Positions 15,101 through 29,290 of a stretch of DNA of 64,000 bases are shown here, piece by piece. Both the position numbers and the translations under genes were made by a program. Positions within the stretch are counted from its first letter, which is position 1. Each line of letters starts with the position of its first letter. The notes beneath the pieces are model-generated. The model worked only from the letters and a program-made list of their open reading frames with translations, ran no database searches and had not been told where the DNA came from. The DNA comes from Glycera tridactyla. Its lineage: Eukaryota. The stretch covers positions 37,324,001-37,388,000 of the forward strand of contig OZ286467.1 in assembly GCA_965644265.1 (NCBI GenBank), given 5' to 3'.

Positions 15101-18100
15101 CAGACACGTCCAACTCGGGAGTAAACAGTCTGCAAGATGAATTCATGAGCAATCAATGTTTGCTTGCCAGAATTATTGTCCCTCCCAGCAACACTGGCTA
15201 TAATGGGACGTCTTGGCAACTGTGTTAACCTGTGAATATGGTATCCTTTTACATGACAGCAGTGTAGTTAGCAACTGAACAAATGACACACCAAATGCAT
15301 GAATTGAAAGTAAACTTCTCTTATGTGAAATTCTACGTCACATAATGTGACAATGCACTCATTCAATATTTTGCCTGTGGGTTACTGCTCTCAATAACTC
15401 ACTGATGAATGTCAAACAGATATTATATCATCTGTGGTAACGAACATCATAGGCCATGAATGCAGGTGAAAAAGGGTAATTTTACATGAAATCCAACTAT
15501 GTAATAACAAGGGATAGACTGTGGACCAGAAATAGTCAGGGTTCAACACTGAATGGATTCATAGGTCATTTCCTTTGACCTCTGCCCTGCTGACCTTGCT
15601 ATCACTATATGTGGTTTGCCCCGGCCAATCACTGAGGTCGAGCTTGGCTCTGGAACACTCATAGTAATCAGTTATTTCCTACCCATGTCAGTACTGATCA
15701 ACATTGTCTTCAAGTGAAGAGACTGATCAGAGACTCCAAACTGAAGCAAAATCATGAGATAACATGTGATGAGAGACCTCTGACAAGAGACCACCTTTTC
15801 TGAATGACCAATTTTTTTGGTGATCTCATTTCATTTGATTGTCTAATATACCTCTAATGAGCTCATCTAAAAGTGACCAATTTCTGAATGGCCCCTTTCC
15901 AGAGTTAGTTCATTCAGCTTTAACCAAACTGGTGCACCATTGGAATGTACATATTCCATTTTCAGAAATAATTTCTTGGCTGAAAGGAATTTGTGGGCCT
16001 TCCTAGATCATCATTGCAATCTACTCATAAAAAACCTGAATACATTAGAAAAAAAATTGAAGGTGTGCAGGGCAATCAGAAACAGGAAGTCAGCGGGAAA
16101 CTGTTTGGGGATAGAGTTTGTACAGAAGTGTGGCTATCCAGGAAAAAGTGAGAAGAGAAAGCAGTTGAACCAGAATGCTGCATTTTGGGATGACCCACCC
16201 TTCTTATGACAGATCACCACGTAAATGTTCTATATATGTGAGACACATCAGGCCAAAAAACGATCGAGGATCGCCCTGTCAGATGTGACCATTTTCACAC
16301 AGTTACGATCCCTGAGTCAATTATCAGCTTATATAGGTATGTTGTTTATTGCCAGATATACTCCTTAGTTTTCTACTTAAGAGAGAGGATGAATACAAGG
16401 CCTGATCATAAATGTAAATGTCTGTAGAATTCAGAGATTGCGCTAGACTGGGTTGCCCTCACCCAGCACTAATGAAATAATGCTTATATTCATGTACATT
16501 AGATGATCATTTCTTGGATAACTGTCTCAATATTCATGTAGTGAGCTAATGGCTTGATAGCAAGCTCGAAATCTCATGTGGAGAACAGCTGGGCTGCAGC
16601 ATTGTGGGGTTCCGAAATATGAGTCATGGTGTCCTGTTTTTATAGACTGGTCCCTGGCATGTGGTAGCCAGCTGGGGTTTACTGGCGTGTGCCACCAAAA
16701 ACACAGGGGACCAGGTGATGGAAGGCGATGATGATAGATAATGAAGACCTGCTGACAGACCTGCACAACGCATAGGCCTGCTATAAGTATTTAAACTGAG
16801 AAGAACCTTGTTAGCACCCTGCAATGATACATACACAGTGTGCATAGGACCACCCTGTATGTCGCAGGGTAAGGATCTCATCCTTCTCAAGCAAGAACAC
16901 CGAGGTTAAAATCATTGGGAAAAAAGTAGTGTGGGCTGACACAGGTGATACTATCTAAAAAAGTTTCGATCAGAAGGACCTGCAGCAAGACGTCAAGTAC
17001 AGTGCCTTATGCCTCTATCCCTCCCCATTGTATATTGCCTTGTCAACTTGTACATTCTGTATATATGTTATGTTCTCGTGTTCTGTGAAAAAGCCACTCT
17101 ACGTGGTAATTCTGTTTTACGAGTTAAAATAAAGTTCATCAAACTTATCCTAAGCATGAAGACAAGGGATGTAAAAAAATTGTGTGCTTAGAAAAAGTTC
17201 ATGCATTTGTACAATTCAAACATAATGAAAAATACTCTGTGGTGGGATGGACAAAATCGTGGTATTTAGGGCAAAATCCTGCTTAGTGCAAGTCTTGCTG
17301 AGGACAAGTTTGACTGTATTGATGGCACTGTGCTGGGATGAAATATGCTGCCAGAAAAACAGTTATTAAATGAAAGAAATTTAATTGAGTACTTCGAATG
17401 AATAGGAATTTTCATACAGCACAGAATATATACAATTCATTTAGATTTAATGGAGGAAATAAAGATTATGGATCCACCTTACCTTCCCACAATTGATGTA
17501 TTCAACAGCCGTCTCACGGAAGAAAAAATACACTTTATCTTGCGTAGAGAATGAACTCACAAAATTAGGGTCTGGAAAATAATTGACAAAACACATACAG
17601 CAATCATGTCATTTGTTTTTTCAACATAGGCCATTTCAGCAAAGCACAAATGTACATTAAACCGATGTGGAGTGAGTGCTTTTCATACCTATAGTATTCA
17701 GAATTAGTTAGAGTAACCAACTCCCATCCCGAAACTCAAGTACATCTACATACCTCTCAGATGGGCCCCAGAGAAACATTGAGAGATAATACTTTTGATT
17801 ACAATTTTCAATTTCATGCTCTCATGACCCTGTTGACGGCAATATCATGAGTTGAATGCAGCACAACTTCCCACACAATTTACGAGAGCATTTACAACAG
17901 CAACACTAAAATAAAGCATGCATGTACTCCCACAGAAAACACTTCCAGGGAGATGTCATCTGAAGGTCAAAGGCTTGGATATACTTTTCATGATGATGAC
18001 ATACAAGTTGCAGTTTATACCCAGGCATTCTAATAAGTTCATCTGACTTGGCAATTATGTCCATGCAAAGTGAATGAAATATATGGCATTTTTGCATCAG

Positions 18101-21100
18101 TATGGGACAGAAATGTATGATATGCACAGCTTAGCAGATGATATTCAGGGTATACCTGCACCAAGAAACAATTAATGACACCTGTACTGAATTGTTGCAG
18201 GTATGGGTACCTAAATCACTGACACTTGCAAAAGAGTTGTGAACTCTCAAATTAATTAGTTATGGATACCTGAACCAAAGATTTTGGCACACCTAAAATC
18301 GAGTGCTGGATGTACACCTGAACTGAACACCTAAACTAGGGTTGAAGATATCTGATCAAAAGAGTTATGGACACCTAAACCATGACTGCGGAAACATGAA
18401 TTAAATGGATGAATGGATTTTCAGATTTATTGTTCCTTCGATCATTCATGCTGAGCAAATGAACACATTCCCAAAGTTCCTCAGTATTGCTGCTCCATTG
18501 ACACAGAGCAATCTAATGCAAGATCAGTTCAGTTGAGATACATTATGAAAGGATTTTCCTGAGTACATCCTAAGTATTTGGCATGCAGACATATGTAGTG
18601 GACAAAGTACTGATATGATGAACCTATTTGTGGAACAAAGTAGGAAACATACCATTGAGCCATTGTGAATCATGTTGTTCTGTCCTCATTGGCTGACTAT
18701 AAATGAGCGGATCTCGTCCATTTATGTCCGATATCGTTGCTGTAAACATCCGGCCATCTGTGAAAAAAAAATCAAACAATGATAAGTGATACCCATGATT
18801 TCAGGGAACTTTGGTATGCAGCTTTTCCAAGAACATTGTACAATCTGAATGATATCCAATATGTTGTACATGAGTGACACTCGGTGCATGGGATCTCGGT
18901 GTCTCCATCGAGAATCTTTCCCACCCTTGCATCACTGGTTGTCAATATTTGAAATCAACAATGGAATTTGAAGATATCATGGAAATCACAGGCAATTGTT
19001 TCAATAGTAGACAAATACTACATCACCAATCTATGCTAACTGATAAATCATATTTCAATTTCAATACATGCCTGAGAAGAGTCAACACGATGATGAATGC
19101 ATAAAGCTTTTTTTCCAAGAAAAAGCATCAGCTGACTGGTCATTCAGTGCACATCTGATTTTGTGCTCATCCGTTGGCAAAATAATCAGGGTACACATAT
19201 AAATTAACTTGCTAATTGTGTACATACATTTACATCTACATTTAAGCAGCATAACAATATAGACAATTTTATAGGCACATCAAGAGTAGTAGTAGATTTT
19301 TCATTTCATTTCCACATGAAGCGTCTGACTGATAGAACTCGGATCATGGATATTTCTTCTCTACTTTCCTAACATACACCTCATTGTGCTGATAACCCCT
19401 TATTGGTACAGCAAAACACTTCTATAATCCCACTGCACCAAATGCAGTCATGGTACCGTTTAACTTGGACCAGTGCACACAATGATGTATTGATGAAAAT
19501 GAACTCTGGCAATAGGACTTGGATGGTGACAGACTGATTTGCAATTAAAAACCAAGACTGGTATTGTTTATCTATTTCAAACTCTATTTGATATAAATTG
19601 TCACATGATATTGTGTCTCTCAAATCATAATGACAAATTAACAGCCTGATTTGAATAGCAAATCCACATGGAAAATTTGAAAAAAAGTTTTCAGCAGTGG
19701 TATTTGAAAATAAGGCAGACATAGTAGGGTGAGAAGACATGAAGAAAATTTAACTGCCCCGCCCCCATGGAAAACCAACCTGCCCTGCTTGTATAAGTAT
19801 AGGAGAATCTTTTCCCATTTTGTATGGATTCATTAGTTTTCTGAGTCAAGTCCATATTTTCCATATTTTGAGCCATGAGCACATCATCAAAACAAAATGG
19901 CCGCCTGTTGAACAAGAGTTCCATTAAACCTTTTTGTTCCAATCAGAGTGCATGAAATTTTCCCAAAAGACTCAATTCATCCTCAAGCCTCATATTTCAT
20001 ATACTCAGAGAAAAGCTGATTTGTGACAAACAGACAGATTCAACTAGATTTGTTGACATTCAATGGGATTTAAGTCTTCTGAATGAGGATAATTTCTCTG
20101 CAAATCAGTGCTACAGCACATTTCCAAGGTACCAGAATCAAGAAAAAGTCTGGCACGTTCCGACCTCTGATATGAATCACACTTGCCAGGGCATCTTTTA
20201 CCTTAACATCATGCATTACAGAATCCTACATGCCAATGCATAGAGGGATATCAGTTTCTCCGCAGCAGGCATTTATTTATGAATGGCCTCATGTGATACA
20301 GGAGTATTCAGTCAGCCATATTTTATGAAGGAGTAGATTATGCATGTTAAGCTGGTCACAATCTCGCCATTATGCCCCTCCTGCTCTGACTAGTTTTATC
20401 TANNNNNNNNNNNNNNNNNNNNNNNNNNNNNNNNNNNNNNNNNNNNNNNNNNNNNNNNNNNNNNNNNNNNNNNNNNNNNNNNNNNNNNNNNNNNNNNNNN
20501 NNNNNNNNNNNNNNNNNNNNNNNNNNNNNNNNNNNNNNNNNNNNNNNNNNNNNNNNNNNNNNNNNNNNNNNNNNNNNNNNNNNNNNNNNNNNNNNNNNNG
20601 TTTACATTGCATGGGGAGTATGTGCATGGAGGAATCCATGCATACATGCATGCATATATCTGTGCACAGATACAGATATATCTACTTTGACCAGGAAGTT
20701 TTTAGCACTTTTGAAGATGGACAGATAAACATTTCATCAGCTATGAATGCTAATTACTAATACGCAACCATAAACTTCCATCAGTTCAGTTTCATCCAAA
20801 AAAAAGTCCAAATGGTGGATTCTTGTAATAAGCTCCAAATGGACTGAAGTGTTTGTAACATACCTGTGAATAATGCAGTACTGTTCTGATTGGGACTGTA
20901 CGGACATTTGGCGATCCCCATCATTTCTGACTCTTGCCGATATCCGGAGTACACATCATGCGAGTAGATTCGACACAAAGGCTTGTAAGCATTGGTCCCA
21001 CAAATGATGAGATTGTTGTCATCATCTCTGACTATTACACGAACATAATTCTGACATTCCTCCTGCAAACAAGGCATCAGTGCAATCATTAAACTACATC

Positions 21101-24100
21101 TTGTATAGTCGCAAGTAGATTGCTCTTGATTCATAGATTCATAGATACAATACCACTTAGGGAATCAAAATCTATATATATTTCCAATAGATGATTGGGA
21201 ATCAGCACTAGAGCCTAAAGCTATCAGGGAGCAAAATTTGGCAATAAGCTAAGTCCGGACCATCACTTCTTTCGAGAGAAACTACAGGGCTCATTTAATA
21301 GCACCAACAGATCAGTAGGGCAAATGTGATAATAATAGTGATGATTTATGAAAGTTGTGTATAGTATGAATTACTGGTATTTGAGTTACTGAAAGACTGA
21401 GTGATCGGAAATTGCATGATGTGAGTAGTATGGCAGATGTCATATGACATCGGATTATTTTATATACTTGTATAATGAACTGTGAAATAAATAAATAAAT
21501 GTTGAAATCACATTCACCTACTTTCAAATGATTTTTCACAATTATACTACAAAGTTTTGCCCACTCTATAAACAATCTTGGTCACATGATGGATTCATGT
21601 AATTCTGATGAGGACCCAGATGAAGAAGTCTGGACCGATCTCACACATGGAGTGTCTCACACATGTCTATTGCATGGGTATCTCAAAAGTGCTCATAAGA
21701 ATATCAAAACAAGGGTCACCAAAACTTGGGAGAACACGTGATTATCCAGACATAATATTGTAAGTTCACTGATAAGGACACAGACACTAGCATTGGGACA
21801 CTAATGACTGTGCCTCCATAACATGTGAAAGGCTGCACTTTATAATGTATTCTAGTTTGTTCAATTCGAGAAGAGCTCAGATTCTACTGGAATTCATTGG
21901 AGGCCAGAAATTCCATGAATGGGACAGTGTGTAGTATAACCCTTAATATTTGGCACTGCAGGAGCAAGCATGTGCCAACGCAGAGAGAACATGTGGGCCT
22001 TTGATGGGCTCATAACATGTAAAGGTGACTTTAGGGTCTTGCAAAGATGCCAAGAACACTAGTGACATTTTACAATGCATATGATATTATGAGGAATAAC
22101 CAGCCTATGTTGCATGGACTGAATTTCGTAGGGAATCTCTTTGTCTCATGCCCTCTTGATTGATTGATGCAGATTTGATTCATAGAGTTTGTTCACTTCA
22201 AGAAAAATATCAGTCTCCACTTGATTCCAGACTGGAGACTGAGCTCTTCCCAACGTTTACAGACAATAGCAAATTTTTGGCATTCAAAAACACACAAAAA
22301 TAAAAGATGATATCTGGCAAAGCTGCTGTGATCATCAGATATTCCAAAGTCATATATTTTAGAGGATCTTCCAATGTAAGACCAGTACTTACCGAATTGA
22401 AACTCTTCAAACGACACATATTTACAGCTGAGTTATCCGCATTCCAAACTATTTTCTGAAAACAGAAATATTTCAGCAACATGAGATTAACAGGGACTTA
22501 CTCAAGTCTCCAAATGAAGAAAAATGTGTAGTTCAGCTAAGTAGAAAATGGAAACCGAATCAATATCTATAAAAAGATGAACAGATATGGTTAATCTATT
22601 TCCCCGTCAATGTTGCATCGTGACATTTAGGGTTCTCTCATCGCAGGTTCTTGGAGTATTACTGTACAAAAAAATGTAAAGATTCTGGCCCAAAAAGGAA
22701 CTATCATTACTCCAAAAATCATAATGGCAGGCTTCCCTATATTTGGGGTCACAAGAGAAGCTTCAAATATAGACAATAGACAATAGACAATAGACAAACT
22801 TTATTTAAGTTCAGGCAGACAAAATTGGGTCATTGTAAACAATGATGCTTCCCCCCGTCCCTGAAAAAGTAGAATAGAACAAATGTGCTTACCACCTAGT
22901 ATGTAGACAGTGAATATGTTTGTTGGCAGCTTGGTGAAAACACAGTTATAATAAATATTGTAATGAAATTACATGTACCTTGGTCAGATCTGCGGCTAGC
23001 ATGCATATATAGGATAACAGCCTTTAATTTCTCAAGTAGAAGCATGGACCTGACCCAACTGGAGGTACCTGGTTCTTCTCAGAGCTAAGTCATGGCAAGA
23101 TTAAGAATTTTGATTTCTTTGGCCCAATTGCCAGTTTATAAATGCGGTTTTGAAAGCTCCTTTTCTATTTGCTGGTATTTGTCTTATTTCAGATGGCAGT
23201 CTATTCCATAGATGAGGACCAGCAAAAGAGAAAGCCTTTTGGCCTTTTTGTGTGCGAGAAACTGGAAGCTCAAGATAAAATTGGGTGGAACCTCTGGTCC
23301 CCATGCCATGTTCGCTTGAGAAGAATAACAGGTCATGTAGATACTGTGGGGATAAATTATTCACACACTTGTACATCGAGACGCCTAGATGAAATTCCCT
23401 CCTATCTCTTAGTATAGGCAGGTTTAATTCTCGATGCGTTTCAGCTGATGGGGTAAACCTGCTCCTACACAGGATAGTTCTACAAGCCTTGTTCTGAATG
23501 ACTTGAAGAAGGGAGGCATCATGTTCAGAGATGCAACAGTAGACCGTGTCACAGTAATCGAAAACCGGGACAATTAATGACTTGTACAATTGCAAGCTGG
23601 TATCAGCAGACATGTATTTTCTGCTCCTTGACAACGCATAAAGACGCTTGGACGCCTTTTTGGATATATACTCACAATGATCATGAAAAGACATGTGCTT
23701 ATCTAGGATAATGCCCAGGTATTTGAAAATGTGGACAGGATCAATGGTCTTGTTGTGAACTTGTAGAGGGAGTTTGTGAAATTCACACTTCCACATACAG
23801 TACAAATGCTGTATGGTCGAAGACATGTTGGGTGAAGGAGTGGGGTCAACCCGGGAGTCTCATCATTTTGTCCAATCAACCATTACATTTTATGATAATA
23901 GCTTGGGGCTGACAAGCATGTATCACCTCCTGCCATGGCCNNNNNNNNNNNNNNNNNNNNNNNNNNNNNNNNNNNNNNNNNNNNNNNNNNNNNNNNNNNN
24001 NNNNNNNNNNNNNNNNNNNNNNNNNNNNNNNNNNNNNNNNNNNNNNNNNNNNNNNNNNNNNNNNNNNNNNNNNNNNNNNNNNNNNNNNNNNNNNNNNNNN

Positions 24101-26635
24101 NNNNNNNNNNNNNNNNNNNNNNNNNNNNNNNNNNNNNNNNNNNNNNNNNNNNNNNNNNNNNNNNNNNNNNNNNNNNNNNNNNNNNNNNNNNNNNNNNNNN
24201 NNNNNNNNNNNNNNNNNNNNNNNNNNNNNNNNNNNNNNNNNNNNNNNNNNNNNNNNNNNNNNNNNGTCAGGAAGACGGACGGAGGGATGGACAAAAAGAC
24301 AAACAGAAAGACGGATGAACGGACAAAAGACAGACAAACATCCTGGAATTCTCATACCTATCACCCACTTTTACAAAATTGGTCTAGATTGATTCAGAAT
24401 ACTGGAATCTGATGGTCACCTGACACCAATGTAACTATGGTCGAATTATACAGATCCGCTTCATAATGAGATGTTAACTGGAGTCACCACATGCAAGTTG
24501 TTTGCCCTCGCTAGAATAAATCAAGAGCCATAATGGTACATTGCGGACAAATGGAACCATGATTAGGAATCATTCCTGGTGTGTATTGTTTGCTAGCCGA
24601 CAGTCACCAACATAAAAAGGTCGGGGTTTCACTTGGGGTTGGGGATTCGGAGAATAAGAAGAGTAAATTGACAATTTGAAGGGCCGGACTGAATAGAAGA
24701 ATGGAAACTGATGAGAGAAATAAGTGAGCTGAGGTGAGGGTGCCAGGATGATTGATGGCGGCCTCATCTTTTATAATTGTGGCTTTGTCTGGTCACCTTA
24801 CACTAACCCTCTCTCCGTGGCACTAGACTGGTACTCCACCACTCATACAACTATTCTATCAAACACTCCTCGACCAGAAGAAGAGCCATTGATGGAAAGT
24901 ATGGGTGCCATCATTCAGGATTGGCAGCTGTCAATATATGTGATGAAGGCTTCAACAGGGTCCTTCATACAAGGATGCTACCCTTCGCTGTCCAAAATAA
25001 GTAATGCTGACCAAAATAAGTAACGCTGACCAAAATAAATAACGATGCCAACTTTTAATGCTAATGATTGCAGCATTTGCAAACAACAAATAAGAGGACC
25101 CTGAACTTCTTGGTATGATGTAATGTATAAGTCCCAAAATTTTGTTTGCAAAGAGTAATGATTACTCCAAAAATGTAATGGATGGCATCTGTGTTCATAT
25201 GGTCACCGTACAAAGCACCAACCTGTAAAGGAGCTACCTCTGGTACACTTGTTCAGGGACTAACAGCGCTCGATACAGATTTAACTTCATCAAGAATGGA
25301 CCACCGTTTCTAATATCTCAATGAATCAAAGAGATGTATTGTATCTTAGGTTGAATCGATTTTTTACATGAATGCGGCCTAGAGAAGGTTCGGTAACAAA
25401 TATTATGAAGAATGAGGTGGGAGGAATATGGCGGCACCTATCATGTCATGGAACTGAAATAATTTGATTGCAGACCTCACATATATTGATAATTTCCACG
25501 AATGGAGCTGTTATATCATCTCCTCTTGTCGGTGGCCGGTCATAAAAACTTGAGATAACACCATCATATGCGAGTTTATCTGGCTCGCTCAATGAGAGTT
25601 TATGTGTACAGGGTGTAACCAAATCATCTATTCTCCTGTACCCAAATCCTCCTAAAGAAGTTCCAGTTTTCATCACCCATTGAGATACATGGTTATAAGC
25701 GAAGAGATGAACAAGTTGATTTTTTTTAATCAATAGAGCTGCACATAAAGGTTCCAGTGCTATGCTCATAGAGTTAGGAAGGGTAATATACTACATATAC
25801 AGTGATGCGAGTTTTCAGGAAATTTCCAGAAATCAGGAAATCTGTCACAAAATTCTGGAACCAAAAGTTTCTGGAATCGGGCAGAAAGTTTCAAAGCTTG
25901 TGCTTGGTCAGGTCATGTTTCAGGAAATTCCATTTAGTGCACTTGCATCACTGCATATATGTAACTCTAGGGGTATGCTGGATTACTGGAATCTATACAC
26001 TCCATGCATCAATACCTTTCATCAGAACTACTCAACTGTCACTTTCAATGTATCTAATGTATCTATCACTAAGGTAACATGTCAAAATATAGATTACGAT
26101 GGTCATAAATTAATCTGGAATATACACTAACGTGAACACTGTGGTAGCAGTGACCGAAGAGGGCCAGGAAATACAAAGTAAGGGTTTATCTTTCTTCTCC
26201 GACCACTAATCCATCTTCATCCATGTGATCATTCTGTCTGTCCACAGTGAAGGATTTTATACCTGAGATGTCCAAATTCTTGGTATCTCTATGTCATCAC
26301 CCCATCAGAGGAAGACCTCTGCTAAAATAATTAACACAAATCGTTCTTTTCTGTCATATTCATGGCTTGATGAAAAACATGGAAATCCGTGGAACAATCG
26401 CATCCCTGTAGATTGAGCCAATGGTCAGTCCCACACTCAATGGTGGTGGTTGAAAATAGAGGAGATGGGATCGGATCAGACCAGAATCGTGAAATGTACC
26501 TCAGTATTGTACTCTGATTCAGGGGACCATTTGGATAAATCTACCACCGATAGATGGTCTCATGAATAGAATGTTTACTCAATCATGCACACACAAGCCC
26601 ACAAAGTCACACACATAAATGCACACACAAATACA

Positions 26636-26685
<50 letters not shown>

Positions 26686-29229
26686 TTGTTTGAGGTTTAA
26701 CGGCATGTATAAACCCACAGGATTATTTATGCCGTGTGTTCCTGCTTAATGAAAGCTAGATGTTCTCTCCCCTGCAGACATCACTCTCACAAACCCTGAA
26801 CACAAGATGATGGGCAACCTGAAAGGTTGTCAAGTGCAAGTAGCTGACAGTTCAAACACACCTCTGCCTAATCTAAACATATACACAATAAACCTAGGAT
26901 GGCATATCTAACTATATAGCTGGCTGGAAGCTAACACCCAAGTCTGATAGTAATGCATTTTTTTTTTGCAAAGCGCAGCACTTGACACATAGAAAAGTAT
27001 TAGCTTAGGAGAATACTCAACCGAAGTGTTCAATTACAAACTGCCAACTTCAAACCAGCTTTACAATAATTTCATGTCCTATACTCGCAGTACAATGCCA
27101 TCACACATCCTAGTAACCTAGTCATCAGCCCTAGTAACCCAGAACTGGTGTGCTTGGTACCCGCTTTTTGCATAGTGACAATATCTGCAACAGGCAAACG
27201 TTAGCTACCTACACCGGAGACCATTTCGCTGAAGAAATAAGAAGGAGCTTAGAGTGATAGAAAAGAGGCGAAGAGAAAGAAACCATGGTGATAGTGGAAT
27301 TTTGGTAGAAATTGCCTAAAGATAGATGACAGAAAATTTGAAGATAGTAGTCATGCCATGTTCGGAGTAGCAGTGCCTACATTTCCAATGGGATAAAAAT
27401 AGAAGACTTGATTTTCAGAGTAGCATCACACAAAATGCAAAAATCTTGCTTTGAAATGAATAATCACTACTCCAAAATCATATTGGTTGGCATCTCTGTT
27501 GTCGTTTGTAGGGACTGATAGAATTCAGGTCAGGAAGGAAGTGGATATTCTTCTTGGCTCCTTGATTGGCCATGACAGCATCATTAGGCCAATCCATACC
27601 AGTCAATGAAGATCTGATGGCTCCACCAGACAGCTTCCCATCACAAATTCACACTGACCACCATCCTCTCATTCCAACATTCATTTTTCATAAATGCATC
27701 AATTCAGTCTATCCCAACATTCAACGACCTAATCAGACACATGTAGGAGTGACTCGTCTCCATCTTCAAGGCTGCTTTCATGTTTTGTGAAAGATTGCTC
27801 AAATAGAAATTTCGCAGTCGATCTTGAAAGTCGCAATATCCAGAAGATGTTCAGACGATGTGCGGGTGAAATGTTGCAATTTTAAGGTCATGACAGTAGG
27901 TCATGTGACCTTGCTGTTCAGGTGAATTTGCACTGCCTTCTGCGGAGACCTGCGAATGGATTCCTTCTCATCTTGTTTAGCATGTCCTCGGAGATCTGTC
28001 AATACCAGGGGCATCTCCATCTGGGAATCGCTTTGCTCGTGATGAAAGGCATGTTAACTCCAGGATGGGGTCAATTATGGACTGTTCAAAGTCAACTTGT
28101 ACAACTGCTGTCAGGCTGCAGACATCGTACTTATTCATGAAACATTCACATCGAAAAACCATCTCGACTGATTTTACTCAAATATGTAATCACAGTTCAT
28201 CCAGAATAACATACATGGATATTAAGAATATCACTGCAAAAGGAAATAGTTCAGTTCTACACAGGGTGGTATGAATGAAGTCCCTCCCTGGCCCAAACCC
28301 CAAACTTCAATATCACAGAGGATATTTTTCATAAGTACTCTATATCACAGATAATGTGACGACAATGAGATAAATATATATTCAAGACATAATGGATGAA
28401 TTATCTCATGATCATAGCTATATTTCTGGTGAATGTGATCACAGTGTTGAAAAGTTCATTCGATGAATAAGGGACATTTGATGCCAGAGGGGGGGGGGGG
28501 GGGAGGACATAACACCATCCCACTGAGATTTAGGCTTTGCTTGATTTCAAAGCTTAATGGAGTTTCTCTGCTTAATGGAATTGTTCGACTTCTTAGATCT
28601 CAGGATATGCAAGTGGGATACAGACAAAAAATTCTCGATGCAGCATGATTTGTTGTCATATTCTTCCATAAATCTGGCTGCTTTATGGCTGTGGCCGTAG
28701 AGGACCGGACCCATGCAGTGGTGCTGTGGCAGCTACATGGAGAAATAATATGGCGGCAGTCCATGTATCAGACTCAACCACCTATCACTGTCATTGTTTT
28801 GACAAGAAGTGTGTCATGTTTATGCCAACATTTACCGAGGTGCACAATATCAGTTTTCTAGCCCTGTACACATTTTTGTCCACGTAGCAGACCATTGCTT
28901 TGGCGTACGGGATGATTTCACTCATATTTACAGACTGCCACAGTCTCCCCTGGTCCCTATGCTTTCTGGAAAAAATGGACAGCAACAATGAGCAGTGGAT
29001 TTTGAGTGCTTCTAGTTTCTTGTGCAATAGACCCCCAGAATCCTGGCAGAGGTCTGCGTTTACTACTGGGAAAAACTGCAGGTAGCTCAAGAAGAATCTA
29101 GGATAAAAGGTATGAACCTGTAACCCCACGGGGAAGCCACACCTCTCGAGCTCTCAATCATAAAATAAAATCACTGCTTGTTTCTCGATGACATATATCT
29201 TGATAGTTGAACAATCCATATAAAATACA

Positions 29230-29290
<61 letters not shown>

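Noticed and set aside
25446-25769. ORF with IALEPL and GGFG motifs reminiscent of L1/Tx1 RT
   Set aside because: The motifs are far too close together and the intervening sequence is not RT-like; likely chance
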